Below are positions 19,679-29,947 of a stretch of 64,000 bases of DNA, in pieces; the stretch's first letter is position 1; every line of letters starts with the position of its first letter. Origin of the DNA: Candidatus Poribacteria bacterium. GTDB taxonomy: Bacteria; Poribacteria; WGA-4E; WGA-3G. The stretch is taken from the NCBI GenBank assembly GCA_965215265.1, contig OZ244048.1, forward strand, positions 1,344,001 to 1,408,000. Direction: 5' to 3'. Both the position numbers and the translations under genes were made by a program. The notes beneath the pieces were generated by a model. That model saw only the letters and a list, made by a program, of their open reading frames with translations, searched no databases and had not been told where the DNA came from.

Positions 19679-22600
19679 ATGTCAAAAATTACCATAGAAA
19701 ACCCAGTGATTAATAGTCCGTTTGAGGAACCGCAGCGGCATTTCAGATTTAATGCACGCGGACTCACTGAAGAGATTGTTGAGGGGAGACGACGGAGTGA
19801 ATACTTCATGCCCTTCCCAAAACCGAAAAAGCAATCTCAGGGTACCCAGATGCAATTTGAACTCCCCGAGCGGGATCTGCGGGAGGCAAATACGTTTATC
19901 AACAACGTTCGGACGCAGGTGGCGGCGTGGCGAAACAGCGGTTACCCCGGCGTAACCCCGACGACGAAACGGTTGCTCGAACACTGGAACAACCCTGAAA
20001 ACGAACCCCGGCTCTATTTCTGCCAACGCGAAGCCGTAGAAACCGCCATCTATCTCAACGAGTATGACAACAGGCGACGAAACAATTCATTTTATACCCA
20101 GCTTGTCACAGCGAACGAAGAGGCAAATCCGGACCTCTTCCGCATCGCCTTCAAAATGGCGACGGGCAGCGGTAAGACGGTTGTGATGGCGATGCTCATC
20201 GTGTACCATACGTTGAATAAGCGTGCGAACCCTCGGAATAGCCGCTTTAGCGATGCTTTTCTGATTGTCACACCGGGGGTAACCATCCGCGATCGACTCC
20301 AGGTCCTCCGTCCAGAAGAGCCGGAAAATGACTATCAGAAAATGAATCTGATCCCGCGAGATGGGTATGATGCCCTCGGTCAGGCGAAAATCGTCATCAC
20401 GAATTACCATGCATTTTTGTGTCGAAAGAGAAGCGAATTAAGCAGAATAGGAGAAAAAGTACTGGGCGAAAATGCTAAAAACTTCAGAGAAACGCCGGAA
20501 GAGATGGTAGCACGTGTCTGCCGTGGGCTCGATAAGAAGAAAGATATTGTTGTGCTAAACGATGAGGCACATCACTGTTATCGCCCCAAAACCGATAAGG
20601 AATCCGCACCCACAGAAGACGAGGCGCGTTTATGGATAAACGGGCTTGAGGCCGTGGAAGCGAAACTCGGCATAAAACAGGTTTATGATCTGTCTGCTAC
20701 CCCGTTCTTTCTCAAAAACGCCGGTTATTCAACCACTACGTCGAATGGGAAGAAATTGAAAGAAGGAGTCCTATTTCCGTGGGTAGTCTCCGATTTTGCG
20801 TTAATTGACTCGATCGAGTGCGGTATCGCCAAAGTCCCACGTGTCCCAGTCGCTGATGATACAATGAGAGGCGACCCGATTTATCTATGTCTCTGGGAGG
20901 TTGTGCGCCCCAAACTCAGGGGTATACCTTCTCGCGGTGAGCCGCAGCTGCCACAAGAATTAGAAACCGCGCTCCAAACCCTCTATAGCAATTATGAGAA
21001 GACGTATGACTTGTGGCAGAAAGAACCGCACGGGTTAACCCCACCTGTCATGATTGTCGTTTGCAATAACACGAAAGTCTCCAAACGTGTTTACGACTGG
21101 ATGGCTGGGTGGGAGAAAAAGACTGCTGCTGGTGACAAGGTCGTTGTCAAAGGCAAACTCCCAATTTTCAATAACGAGCGTGACGGGCACTGGAGCGATA
21201 AACTGAACACACTTCTCATTGATAGTAAGCAGCTGGAATCCGGCGAGGCTCTGAAAGGTGAATTTAAAAAAGCAGTTCGCACTCAGATAGAACAGTTCAT
21301 GCGCAAGAAGAACGTGGAGAAAGTTACAGATGCCGAACTATTGCGCGAAGTGATGAACACCGTTGGGAAGCGTGGTCAGCTCGGTGAACACATTAAATGT
21401 GTCATCTCCGTCTCCATGCTAAGTGAGGGCTGGGATGCGAAGCGTGTGACGCATATCCTTGGCGTGCGTGCCTTCAGTACGCAGCTGCTCTGTGAACAGG
21501 TCGTCGGCAGGGGTTTACGACGTTCCAGTCACGAGGTCGAACACAGAATTCTTAATGTAAATGGAAAGCAGCTCGAATTAGAAACGTTTCCGCCAGAATA
21601 CGCGGAGGTCTACGGGGTTCCGTTCTCATTCATTCCTGCGACGGGGAGTGGTAGAATCATCCGTCCGTTACCTTCAACCACAGTGGAGGCGCTCCCTGAA
21701 CGGAAAGGAGCATGTGAAATTAAATTTCCGAAGGTCGTGGGGTACCGTCGCCAATTGCCGCCTGACACGATTCGCGTGCTTTTCACGCAGGCATCGCGTT
21801 ATGAGCTCTCTACTGCTGAAGTGCCATCTATGACAGAAATTGAGGGGATAACAGGCGGTATTGAAGAGGTCCGCTTGCGTGTCGCGGAGGAACGCCTCCA
21901 GAAAAGCGAGTATTTTCTTGCGAACGTCGTCTTGCAGATGCATGAGCAGGATCCGGCTAACGACGCAAGGTGGTGGCTCTTCCCACAAGTGCTCCGCATC
22001 ACACGCCAATGGATGAAAGAGTGCGTTACCTATAAAGACAATACTTATCCGCAGTTTTTCCTGATTGGTGAAATCGCACGCAAAGCAGCACATCGGATTC
22101 ATAATGCAATCCTTAGGGCAGAACAACAAGCCCAAACCAGTCAATCGGCATCGGAAAACGAGCCATCACTGCAGGGGTTTCGCCCAATTTTTCTAGACAA
22201 AATGCACGTCGGATCCACTGAAGGTGTGTGGTTTGAAACAACCCAGCCCACCTGGGAGACACATCCGCAGAAGTGTCATATCTCGCATGTCGTCGCGCAG
22301 ACAGACTCATGGGAGCAGAAAACCGCCCAGGCATTAGAACAGATGCCGGAGGTGCTCGCGTACGTTAAAAATCACAATATGGATTTCACGATTCCATACA
22401 TCAATCACAACGGAGAGAGCCGACAATATGTTCCGGACTTCATCGCTCAGATCCGGAAACAGCACACGGATTCTGACGACGATATCGTGAATCTTATCTT
22501 GGAAACTTCCGGCAAAGCACGCGAAGATAAGGTGCAGAAGGTAAACACAGTCGAAAATATGTGGTTACCGGCTGTGAACACCCATGGTGAGTTTGGCGAG

Positions 22601-22690
22601 TGGACTTTTCTAGAAATCACCGATCCGTGGGATATGCAGAACACTATCCGTGAATTCATGAACGAATATAGTTCGTCATCGCTACGGTAG
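19679..22690 (+). CDS. Type III R-M restriction subunit (Res): SF2 helicase plus nuclease
   Basis: MATGSGKT, DEAHH, LSATP, EGWD, QVVGRGLRR and C-terminal YVPDF...LETSG. Confidence 0.93.
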   Translation: MSKITIENPVINSPFEEPQRHFRFNARGLTEEIVEGRRRSEYFMPFPKPKKQSQGTQMQFELPERDLREANTFINNVRTQVAAWRNSGYPGVTPTTKRLLEHWNNPENEPRLYFCQREAVETAIYLNEYDNRRRNNSFYTQLVTANEEANPDLFRIAFKMATGSGKTVVMAMLIVYHTLNKRANPRNSRFSDAFLIVTPGVTIRDRLQVLRPEEPENDYQKMNLIPRDGYDALGQAKIVITNYHAFLCRKRSELSRIGEKVLGENAKNFRETPEEMVARVCRGLDKKKDIVVLNDEAHHCYRPKTDKESAPTEDEARLWINGLEAVEAKLGIKQVYDLSATPFFLKNAGYSTTTSNGKKLKEGVLFPWVVSDFALIDSIECGIAKVPRVPVADDTMRGDPIYLCLWEVVRPKLRGIPSRGEPQLPQELETALQTLYSNYEKTYDLWQKEPHGLTPPVMIVVCNNTKVSKRVYDWMAGWEKKTAAGDKVVVKGKLPIFNNERDGHWSDKLNTLLIDSKQLESGEALKGEFKKAVRTQIEQFMRKKNVEKVTDAELLREVMNTVGKRGQLGEHIKCVISVSMLSEGWDAKRVTHILGVRAFSTQLLCEQVVGRGLRRSSHEVEHRILNVNGKQLELETFPPEYAEVYGVPFSFIPATGSGRIIRPLPSTTVEALPERKGACEIKFPKVVGYRRQLPPDTIRVLFTQASRYELSTAEVPSMTEIEGITGGIEEVRLRVAEERLQKSEYFLANVVLQMHEQDPANDARWWLFPQVLRITRQWMKECVTYKDNTYPQFFLIGEIARKAAHRIHNAILRAEQQAQTSQSASENEPSLQGFRPIFLDKMHVGSTEGVWFETTQPTWETHPQKCHISHVVAQTDSWEQKTAQALEQMPEVLAYVKNHNMDFTIPYINHNGESRQYVPDFIAQIRKQHTDSDDDIVNLILETSGKAREDKVQKVNTVENMWLPAVNTHGEFGEWTFLEITDPWDMQNTIREFMNEYSSSSLR

Positions 22691-22696
22691 ACGAAG

Positions 22697-23794
22697 ATGC
22701 GAATTCTCTATGTGATCGATTCCATGACGAAAGATGGGGCTGAATCGCAGTTGCTCAAAACAGCCGCCCGCTTGTCCCCAGCACAGTATGAGGTATATGT
22801 AGTGTTGAGTCGCGCAGTTGGAGAATACGCGGATAGGTTAACCGCATGCCCGGCTGTACGCGAGGTTATTGCCATAGGGCGGGAGCGGAAGCGGATGCAT
22901 ATCGTCGAAAAGGCGTTCAGTTTGGCTGGAATTATCAGGGCAATTCAACCGGATGTTGTTCATAGTTGGCTATGGTACTCGAATTTTCTATGTGGTTTGT
23001 CTCGGAAGCTCGGTTTTTGGCGGTGCATCCCGTTCATCGCATCGCAGCGCGGGGATTATCAGGCACGGTACGGCAGCTTTCGACTCTGGTTGACCGAGAA
23101 GATTATCTATAATACTGCGGATACGCTGCTGACAAATTCCGAACGAATCCAACGGAACCTCCGCGAGCAGTATCCAGAGAAAAAAATCTTTGCTATCCCC
23201 AATCTATTGGAATTACCGACTCTCGAATTGCGGAAGTGTGGGGATAAAGAAGAAAAATTGATTGTGAGCGTCGGGCGATTCGCGCCAGAAAAAGGGCACC
23301 GTTATCTGATAGAGGCCTTGAAACTCCTCAAGCAAGACGACAAAGAATTAACCTGGCGATGCACGTTCCTCGGCGACGGTGAACTCAAAGGCGAGCTGCA
23401 TAACCTCACTGCACAATACAAACTCACGGAACAGGTTACGTTCCCCGGATTTTGTGAAGATGTTTTCTCTTTCTTATCCATGGCTGATGTCTTTGTGCTT
23501 CCGTCTCTGCATGAAAGCTCGCCGAACGCACTGATTGAGGCGATGGGTATTGGACTGCCGTGTATTGCCTCAGAGGTAGGCGGTGTAACCGATCTGATCG
23601 AGCATGAGAAAAATGGCGTTTGCGTCGTGCCGCGGAATCCTACCGCTTTGGCGGCAGCACTGCGGCATATTTTGTCCGAGCCGGCCATCGCCATAGAGCT
23701 CGGCAAAAACGCACAACTAACGATTAAGCAGAAATTCAACAGTGCCGACTCTCTCCAGAAGTTGGAGGAGATTTATCACGGCTTTTTGAGGTAA
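22697..23794 (+). CDS. Glycosyltransferase family 4
   Basis: VGRFAPEKGH, DVFVLPSLHESSPNALIEAM. Confidence 0.92.
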   Translation: MRILYVIDSMTKDGAESQLLKTAARLSPAQYEVYVVLSRAVGEYADRLTACPAVREVIAIGRERKRMHIVEKAFSLAGIIRAIQPDVVHSWLWYSNFLCGLSRKLGFWRCIPFIASQRGDYQARYGSFRLWLTEKIIYNTADTLLTNSERIQRNLREQYPEKKIFAIPNLLELPTLELRKCGDKEEKLIVSVGRFAPEKGHRYLIEALKLLKQDDKELTWRCTFLGDGELKGELHNLTAQYKLTEQVTFPGFCEDVFSFLSMADVFVLPSLHESSPNALIEAMGIGLPCIASEVGGVTDLIEHEKNGVCVVPRNPTALAAALRHILSEPAIAIELGKNAQLTIKQKFNSADSLQKLEEIYHGFLR

Positions 23795-23863
23795 CGCTGC
23801 CAATGAATACTCCGCTTTCCATCTTGAGCTACCTCTCTTATCGCTACTATAGAGAACCAATAG

Positions 23864-24739
23864 ATGCGTCAATTTCTTAAAAATCTGATCGCAGCCGTAG
23901 TCTATTTATCAGGTATGCCGTTCTTGACTCGGGAGTGGGGGTGCCGCAACAGGGTAGGCATCCTCATGTATCATGATGTCACACCGGAACTTTTCGCAAA
24001 ACATCTCGACTATCTCTCGAGACACTATAGAATTATTCCGCTGGATAGACTCATCACTGCCATTCGCTGCCAAAGTTTTTCACAGATGCATCCAAAGAGC
24101 GTGGTGATTACCATTGACGATGGGCATGCTGGCAACGTCGCACTGTTGCCGCTCTTCAAAACCTATAATATTCGTCCTACTCTCTACGTATGCACCCAGC
24201 TGATCAATACGCATCGGCACTTCTGGTTTAAAATAGCAGGACAGTCAAAGCGTTACAAAGAAGGATTAAAAAAAGTGAGGAATTCAGAACGGTTGGCACG
24301 GCTGAAACGGGATGCTAATTTTGAACCTGAGACGGAATTTCCGGAACGGCACGCGCTCAATCTGGCGGAATTGCGCCAGATGATGACTCAGGTTGATTTT
24401 CAACCGCATAGTCAATTTCATCCGATTCTCCCACACTGCACACAAGCGGAATGTCAGAAAGAGATCCTCGGCAGTAAACACGATTTAGAACGACTTTTGG
24501 ATATTGAATGCACTCATTTCAGTTATCCGAATGGGGATTATACGCCGCGTGAGATTGAGCTCGTCAAAGCTAGCGGCTTTCGTTCTGCACGAACGACGGA
24601 TATAGGGTGGAATACGTTACAGACAGATGCATATCGGTTAAAAGTTATACCGATAAGCGATGATGCAGGGCTGCTACGATTTCGTGCCGAGTTAACAACG
24701 ATTCCACAACGGCTCTATCGGTTTTTTCGGCGGAGGTAA
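23864..24739 (+). CDS. Polysaccharide deacetylase (NodB family)
   Basis: ILMYH, ITIDDG, HS..HP, FSYPNG. Confidence 0.9.
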   Translation: MRQFLKNLIAAVVYLSGMPFLTREWGCRNRVGILMYHDVTPELFAKHLDYLSRHYRIIPLDRLITAIRCQSFSQMHPKSVVITIDDGHAGNVALLPLFKTYNIRPTLYVCTQLINTHRHFWFKIAGQSKRYKEGLKKVRNSERLARLKRDANFEPETEFPERHALNLAELRQMMTQVDFQPHSQFHPILPHCTQAECQKEILGSKHDLERLLDIECTHFSYPNGDYTPREIELVKASGFRSARTTDIGWNTLQTDAYRLKVIPISDDAGLLRFRAELTTIPQRLYRFFRRR

Positions 24740-24741
24740 GC

Positions 24742-25431
24742 GTGAAGCAGGACTTAGGGCGGTGGCACCGCGCCTATATTAAGAACGCGTACCGGGAGTT
24801 GGAACGCGGCACGACGCGAAAACAGATTGATGCGCTCGGTATTAACGCTACCCGGAAAAAGGTTTTGGACGTAGGATGCGGTGCAGGGAACCTCCTCGTC
24901 GCGCTTGCTCTGGATGCACCGAGCCTCTTAGTCGGAGTTGATGTGGATATGACGTTCTTGGAATTCACACCGCCAGTTCACTTGAGGCACAACGGTGAAA
25001 TACCAATACGAAAACTTCGTGCCGGGCTGCCCGCCTTGCCGTTTAAAAACGAAACGTTTGACTTGGTAACCTGCTTCCTCGTTATGCCACATGTTCCGGA
25101 GGACAAAGCCGCTTTAACAGAGCTCGCACGTGTGTTGAAACCCGGAGGCACCCTCGCACTGTCCGGGCATGGATTCGGATTCCCGCTCAGTTATCTTAAA
25201 CGTCTTAAATTAAAACCGTTGATTATGTATCTCGCCACCCTGATTTATAGATGCACAGGAAAAAAGTGGATCCGGAACACGCTTCAGAGTGATAAAAAAG
25301 TGTGCGATATCCTCCGCAGCATCGGCATGAGCCCGGATAGGCAGCTCCGCCCTAAAAAGACGTTCGGGCACGTCACGACCTATTGCATCCGTGCAATGAA
25401 GAACGATACAAGCCCCAGCCCGATGCAGTAA
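24742..25431 (+). CDS. Class I SAM-dependent methyltransferase
   Basis: VLDVGCGAG, LPF..ETFDLV, ELARVLKPGG. Confidence 0.9.
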   Translation: MKQDLGRWHRAYIKNAYRELERGTTRKQIDALGINATRKKVLDVGCGAGNLLVALALDAPSLLVGVDVDMTFLEFTPPVHLRHNGEIPIRKLRAGLPALPFKNETFDLVTCFLVMPHVPEDKAALTELARVLKPGGTLALSGHGFGFPLSYLKRLKLKPLIMYLATLIYRCTGKKWIRNTLQSDKKVCDILRSIGMSPDRQLRPKKTFGHVTTYCIRAMKNDTSPSPMQ

Positions 25432-26204
25432 TAGGAAAAAACCGAGAATTTGCCGCGGTTTAGCATCGCCAAAAGAATTCGCAAGGCGATGTAACCCACA
25501 ACGAACGAGGCGAGCATCCCACCGCCTATGATGTGGATAGGTATGGCGGTATCCACAACATCGCGCATTTTAAGTACAACAGCACCGAGTATCGCCGGCA
25601 GCGAAAGCAGGAAAGAGTATTCCGCTGCTGTTTTTGCAGGAATGCCGCACAACAGCGCAACCGAAATCGTTGTTCCAGAACGGGAGATGCCGGGCGTAAT
25701 TGCACACCCTTGCGCTACGCCGATCAGCGGCGTATGCCACGCCTTGAGCGGCTGCTCTGTTTGGTCACGCCGCCGCAGACGCGGCAATTGGAGAATGCCA
25801 CCGGTGAGAATTAACATCACGCTCACGAGCTGCACCTCATCGAAAAACGATTCAAGCGTGTCCTTAAATAGCACAGCGATGAGACCTGTTGGAATAGAAC
25901 CGAGCAAGATTAACCAGATAAACTTCAACTCTGAGGAGGTGCTGAGCGTCCGGATCGGATGCCTATAAAGTTGCGGTGTCGCTACCGCAGAGAAGCCGCC
26001 TTTTAAGAGCCGCACGATTGCATACCGATAAACGAGCACAACCGCCGCTAACGTGCCGAGGTGGAGCATCACATCAAAGAAGACAAGCGGCTCGTTCAAG
26101 CCGAGGAATGTCTGTGCTAAAACCAGATGTCCCGAGCTGCTCACTGGCAGAAATTCGGTTAAGCCTTGTAAAACACCGAGCAGAATTGCTTCAAGAAAGG
26201 TCAT
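25380..26204 (-). CDS. uppP: Undecaprenyl-diphosphate phosphatase
   Basis: QGLTEFLPVSSSGH, PGISRSG, SFLLSLP. Confidence 0.95.
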   Translation of the reverse strand: MTFLEAILLGVLQGLTEFLPVSSSGHLVLAQTFLGLNEPLVFFDVMLHLGTLAAVVLVYRYAIVRLLKGGFSAVATPQLYRHPIRTLSTSSELKFIWLILLGSIPTGLIAVLFKDTLESFFDEVQLVSVMLILTGGILQLPRLRRRDQTEQPLKAWHTPLIGVAQGCAITPGISRSGTTISVALLCGIPAKTAAEYSFLLSLPAILGAVVLKMRDVVDTAIPIHIIGGGMLASFVVGYIALRILLAMLNRGKFSVFSYYCIGLGLVSFFIARMQ

Positions 26205-26695
26205 GGGTAGTATGATAACAGTTTTGTGAAATTATGTCAATGATTTTAGCAGCGCATTTACCCCACGGAAACTAAGTCACGAATACAGAAAAAGAGTGGA
26301 CATTTCTTTTAGATTGCAGGTATAATTAACTTTACAAAGTGAGTTGCCGAAACCGTTTGAGGCAACATCCGTAAAATGGATTGACATTTTTTGTATTGTA
26401 ACCCTTTTACAACCCATAACGTTTCTATAAGTGTGACGAAGTCGTTTGGAGCCCTGTGTCTAAATTCGTCTGCAAATAGATACAAGGCTCAATTTCAGGA
26501 ATTCGAAAAAAAGAATTGAATTTTCTCAGATTGCGGGTATCATGATAGATATAAGAGAAAAAAGTCGGCTTTTTTTCGCGTTTTGTTTTATGGTATAATA
26601 TAGCTAAAGTGTTTTTTTTTGGGTTCTATAACTTAGTCAGAAGACTATAAAGTTTATTCCGTCACGGGATAAAGAATAACAAGGAGTTAGATAAG

Positions 26696-28351
26696 ATGAA
26701 GAGAAGAATGCACCCCCCCCACCTCCTTCTATATGTTAAGTATTTTATTTGCGTGTTGAGTGGCGGATTTATCTCATCTGTAATTTCGATAGCCGGGATT
26801 GCGATGTTAGCCGCACCGATGGCTACCGTGGAGGCAGCGAAACCGACGTTAGAGTCTGTTGAGATAGAGAGTGAAGGTCCACATACAGGCGATTCGCTCT
26901 ATTCGTACAGCAGGCAAAGGTTAATTAGAGATTGGGAGGATAATACCGATCCCGCGAGTAGAACCGCGGCTCGGGAGGATCTAGTAGCAAACCATACATC
27001 GGGCATTCTGACTGCTCCGGGGTACTCCAACCCCACCATGGGCCAAGAGGTTAAATTTTTCAGTAGTACAGATAAAATCGTTTTTAAGTTGACATTTAAT
27101 ATAGATGTCAAAGTCCAGCACGATGGAAGGTCCGCTCTGCCGGCCCTGGCGCTAGATATGGACGGTGAGAGCGACCTCGTTGGCACTACACTACGTGCCG
27201 TCTATGATCCAGTAAAGACCGGGGCGCGAACCGATGATAAAGTCGTATATTTCACATACACGGTGCAAGACGGTGATGACGTTTTCGGCGATGGCGTTGA
27301 TATAGATCGCGATCCGGATCCCTATTATGACGATGCAAATAATTTCATCATAGATAATGATGCTACCGTCGAGTCCCCCCCCGCGAACACCGGCGATACT
27401 GATAAGTGGAAAACTAGCTCGACTTATACGCGGATATACTTTGACAAGCTTTGGTCGGGCTTTTACGGCCGGGTTTGGCCGCCGCCGAACCCTTCTGATC
27501 ATGACGGTCTTAAGTATCTCATAGATACTATCCGGGCGAATGTGAGGATCCCTGGGCTGATCAAGGCCGGGACTCATGATGAGATGGGTTTCCGCACCGA
27601 CTATGTGGATTTTTCAACGACAGCACCCGATGCGGCTGTTACCGAACGTGACACTCAGACAGAGTCCTTTGATGTGGAATTTCTATTCTACAATTATGGG
27701 ATTGGAACTGACGATGATGGTGTGATTGCAGATACCACGCGAGGCTTCGAGGCGACGGACATCACGCTCAAGGTAGATGACACCGCGGTGACACTGGGCA
27801 CCACCGCGGCTGATTGGCAGGTTTCAGCCCCGATGTTAATCGGCTTAGACCATCGGGATCCCGGTTTTAATAATCCGAGTATAGATGATAGCGGGAGGGT
27901 GAAACATAGTTCCGCCTTCAAAGTCTACAGAGCGACTATCACGCCGCCGTCGGCTTTTGACGGAAATGTGGAAATAACGGTGCCAGAGAATGCCACCATG
28001 GACATAGCGGGCAACCTGAGCCTGGCCTCGAATACGCTGACGGTGCCTGTAAATACAAGCGTCGAGGTGACCATTCCGGATGAGACGCTCCGTGCGAAAA
28101 TCAAGGAGACACTCAACATCGCCGCGGGGACGGCTGTGACCTCGGTACATATGCTAGACTTGACAAGCCTAGATTTAGGTGGCTCAGACGTTAGCAAGCT
28201 GACTGGACTTGAATACGCCACCAACTTGGAAGAGTTGGATCTCGGGGGTACGCAAGTAGAGGATGTCTCGCCGCTGGCAAACCTCACGAACTTGAGAGTG
28301 CTGGATCTCAGTGATACGCAAGTATCGGATATCTCGCCGCTGGCAAATTAA
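26696..28351 (+). CDS. Secreted surface protein with Ig-like region and C-terminal internalin-type LRRs (possibly truncated)
   Basis: SD AAGGAG, long hydrophobic N-terminus, FTYTVQDGD and ATMDIAGN Ig-like motifs, IPD..LR cap, LTGLEYATNL..L.L and DISPLAN LRRs ending abruptly. Confidence 0.8.
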   Translation: MKRRMHPPHLLLYVKYFICVLSGGFISSVISIAGIAMLAAPMATVEAAKPTLESVEIESEGPHTGDSLYSYSRQRLIRDWEDNTDPASRTAAREDLVANHTSGILTAPGYSNPTMGQEVKFFSSTDKIVFKLTFNIDVKVQHDGRSALPALALDMDGESDLVGTTLRAVYDPVKTGARTDDKVVYFTYTVQDGDDVFGDGVDIDRDPDPYYDDANNFIIDNDATVESPPANTGDTDKWKTSSTYTRIYFDKLWSGFYGRVWPPPNPSDHDGLKYLIDTIRANVRIPGLIKAGTHDEMGFRTDYVDFSTTAPDAAVTERDTQTESFDVEFLFYNYGIGTDDDGVIADTTRGFEATDITLKVDDTAVTLGTTAADWQVSAPMLIGLDHRDPGFNNPSIDDSGRVKHSSAFKVYRATITPPSAFDGNVEITVPENATMDIAGNLSLASNTLTVPVNTSVEVTIPDETLRAKIKETLNIAAGTAVTSVHMLDLTSLDLGGSDVSKLTGLEYATNLEELDLGGTQVEDVSPLANLTNLRVLDLSDTQVSDISPLAN

Positions 28352-28408
28352 CAACTTAACTCGGAAGAATAAACTCAGTGAAATCTAAGTTAACCTAGCC
28401 TAACCTAA

Positions 28409-28451
28409 ACCAGGGGCAGCCACCTTCATATGGCTGCCCCTGGTTTTTTTT
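28409..28451 (+). terminator. Intrinsic terminator
   Basis: ACCAGGGGCAGCC...GGCTGCCCCTGGT followed by a T-run. Confidence 0.85.
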
Positions 28452-28503
28452 GTTTTCAGAGAAGCACCGAGGCCGCCTTGAGAAGCGACATCTGGAGACG
28501 GCC

Positions 28504-28533
28504 TTGACAAAATAATAGGGAGGCTGCTATACT
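28504..28533 (+). promoter_or_regulatory. Sigma-70 promoter of the Rpn-related gene
   Basis: TTGACA-18 nt-TATACT. Confidence 0.65.
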
Positions 28534-28566
28534 TTATTATGAGAAGTGGAGCGTCTAAGCAGATAG

Positions 28567-29727
28567 ATGAGGCAAACTACGGCACCAGAGACATCCAAAG
28601 AAACACAAAGCAAACGGCAGTTTTGGGACCCTTTCTTCAAAGAGTTCCTGGCCCTGCTGTTCTCTGGGCTGGGTGCCTCTATCCAGACAGAGATAGAAGT
28701 CAACCGGTTACCGCAGCGTATAGATGCACTCGCTCTCCTCGAAAGTGCCGCAGCCCGGGCGAGAGTGCGGGCCAATCCGCTGCTCTCTTACTTACGCACG
28801 TATAATCTGTTCGAGTTCAAAGGGCAGAACGACCTGTTGAATGGTTCGGAGTATCACCGGATTTCTATGCGTGCGTGCGGCTATCTCGCAGCGCATAAGG
28901 TGCCAGACACGGAAGTTACCTTGACGATAGTGTCGTCTCGGAAGCCGCGGGCACTGCTTACCCACCCGCCTTTTGGGGTATCCTGGGTGCAGCTCGCCCC
29001 TGGACATTATCGGCACCGGGAAGATCTGCCGGTGCATCTATTGGTTTGTAATGAAGTGGAGGTGGTTGAGCCGAATTATTGGTTGCTGCTGTTTGCGTCG
29101 TCGCGGAAACAGTTTCGTGCGTTCCTGCGGCGGGTGATAACGGAAGAGAATACGTTATATTTTGACTCCGCGTTGTATTTGCAGCCGGAAGTCACGGAGG
29201 AGGTTTGTGAAATGGAAGGACATCAAGATTTATTTCAGAGTCGTCTTCGCGAAGTTGCGACGACTTTGGGTCCGAAGTTGCTGTCTGCACTGACATCGGA
29301 GGAGCGTGCGGACATGCTGGCCCGCTTGAGTCCTCAAGACCGGGCGGATCTGCTCGCACGGCTGCCCGCTGAAGACCGGGCGGACATGTTAGCAAGGTTA
29401 TCTACGGCAGACCGTGCGGATATGTTGGCGAGTTTACCGGTTGCGGAGCGTGCGGATATGTTGGCGAGTTTACCGGTTGCGGAGCGTGCGGATATGTTGA
29501 CGAGTTTACCGGTTGCGGAGCGTGCGGATATGTTGGCGAGTTTACCGGTTGCGGAGCGTGCGGACATGTTGGCACGGCTGGGTCCCGAAGCGCGTGCGGA
29601 CATGTTGGCACGGCTGGCGGCGATGCCTGACGCTGAATGGGTAGAGGTGCTCCGGGGCTTGTCGATGGAGATGCGTGTGAAACTGGCGCGGCAGTTGTTG
29701 GCTGCAGAGAATCGAACGGAGGAGTAG
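28567..29727 (+). CDS. PD-(D/E)XK nuclease-like (Rpn-related) protein with C-terminal 12-aa tandem repeats
   Basis: WDPFFKE, RLPQRIDAL and LFEFKG; paralog of 2423-3301. Confidence 0.72.
   Translation: MRQTTAPETSKETQSKRQFWDPFFKEFLALLFSGLGASIQTEIEVNRLPQRIDALALLESAAARARVRANPLLSYLRTYNLFEFKGQNDLLNGSEYHRISMRACGYLAAHKVPDTEVTLTIVSSRKPRALLTHPPFGVSWVQLAPGHYRHREDLPVHLLVCNEVEVVEPNYWLLLFASSRKQFRAFLRRVITEENTLYFDSALYLQPEVTEEVCEMEGHQDLFQSRLREVATTLGPKLLSALTSEERADMLARLSPQDRADLLARLPAEDRADMLARLSTADRADMLASLPVAERADMLASLPVAERADMLTSLPVAERADMLASLPVAERADMLARLGPEARADMLARLAAMPDAEWVEVLRGLSMEMRVKLARQLLAAENRTEE
29302..29625 (+). repeat. 9 x 36-bp coding tandem repeat (ERADMLASLPVA)
   Basis: gagcgtgcggatatgttggcgagtttaccggttgcg units; the central ones are near-identical. 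Confidence 0.93.
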
Positions 29728-29947
29728 CACGGTAGGTGCACCTGCGGCTCACCCGCTGCTGCTTTTGTCAGCGAGATAATGGTAAACAGGAATGACGGCC
29801 GCCAACTGCAGAGGCCTGAACTTCACAATAAGTCGCATACGCAAGGGGCCAACCTTAATCAGTTTTTGGTTTTGGGGAAAGGTGATGACAGTTCCGATGT
29901 GAGCAAGGGGCCGGGCGGATAGCGTGCTCCGCCCGGAACTTAGAAAG

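Noticed and set aside
25380-25431. 52-bp convergent overlap of the methyltransferase and uppP
   Set aside because: Short 3' overlaps are common; no further evidence of function.
26338-26490. Riboswitch-like hairpins upstream of the LRR gene
   Set aside because: Stems exist (gttgcc/ggcaac; gagcc/ggctc), but no known aptamer consensus could be matched by eye.
29334-29752. Repetitive antisense ORFs (also 11555-11997)
   Set aside because: By-products of the coding tandem repeats on the opposite strand.
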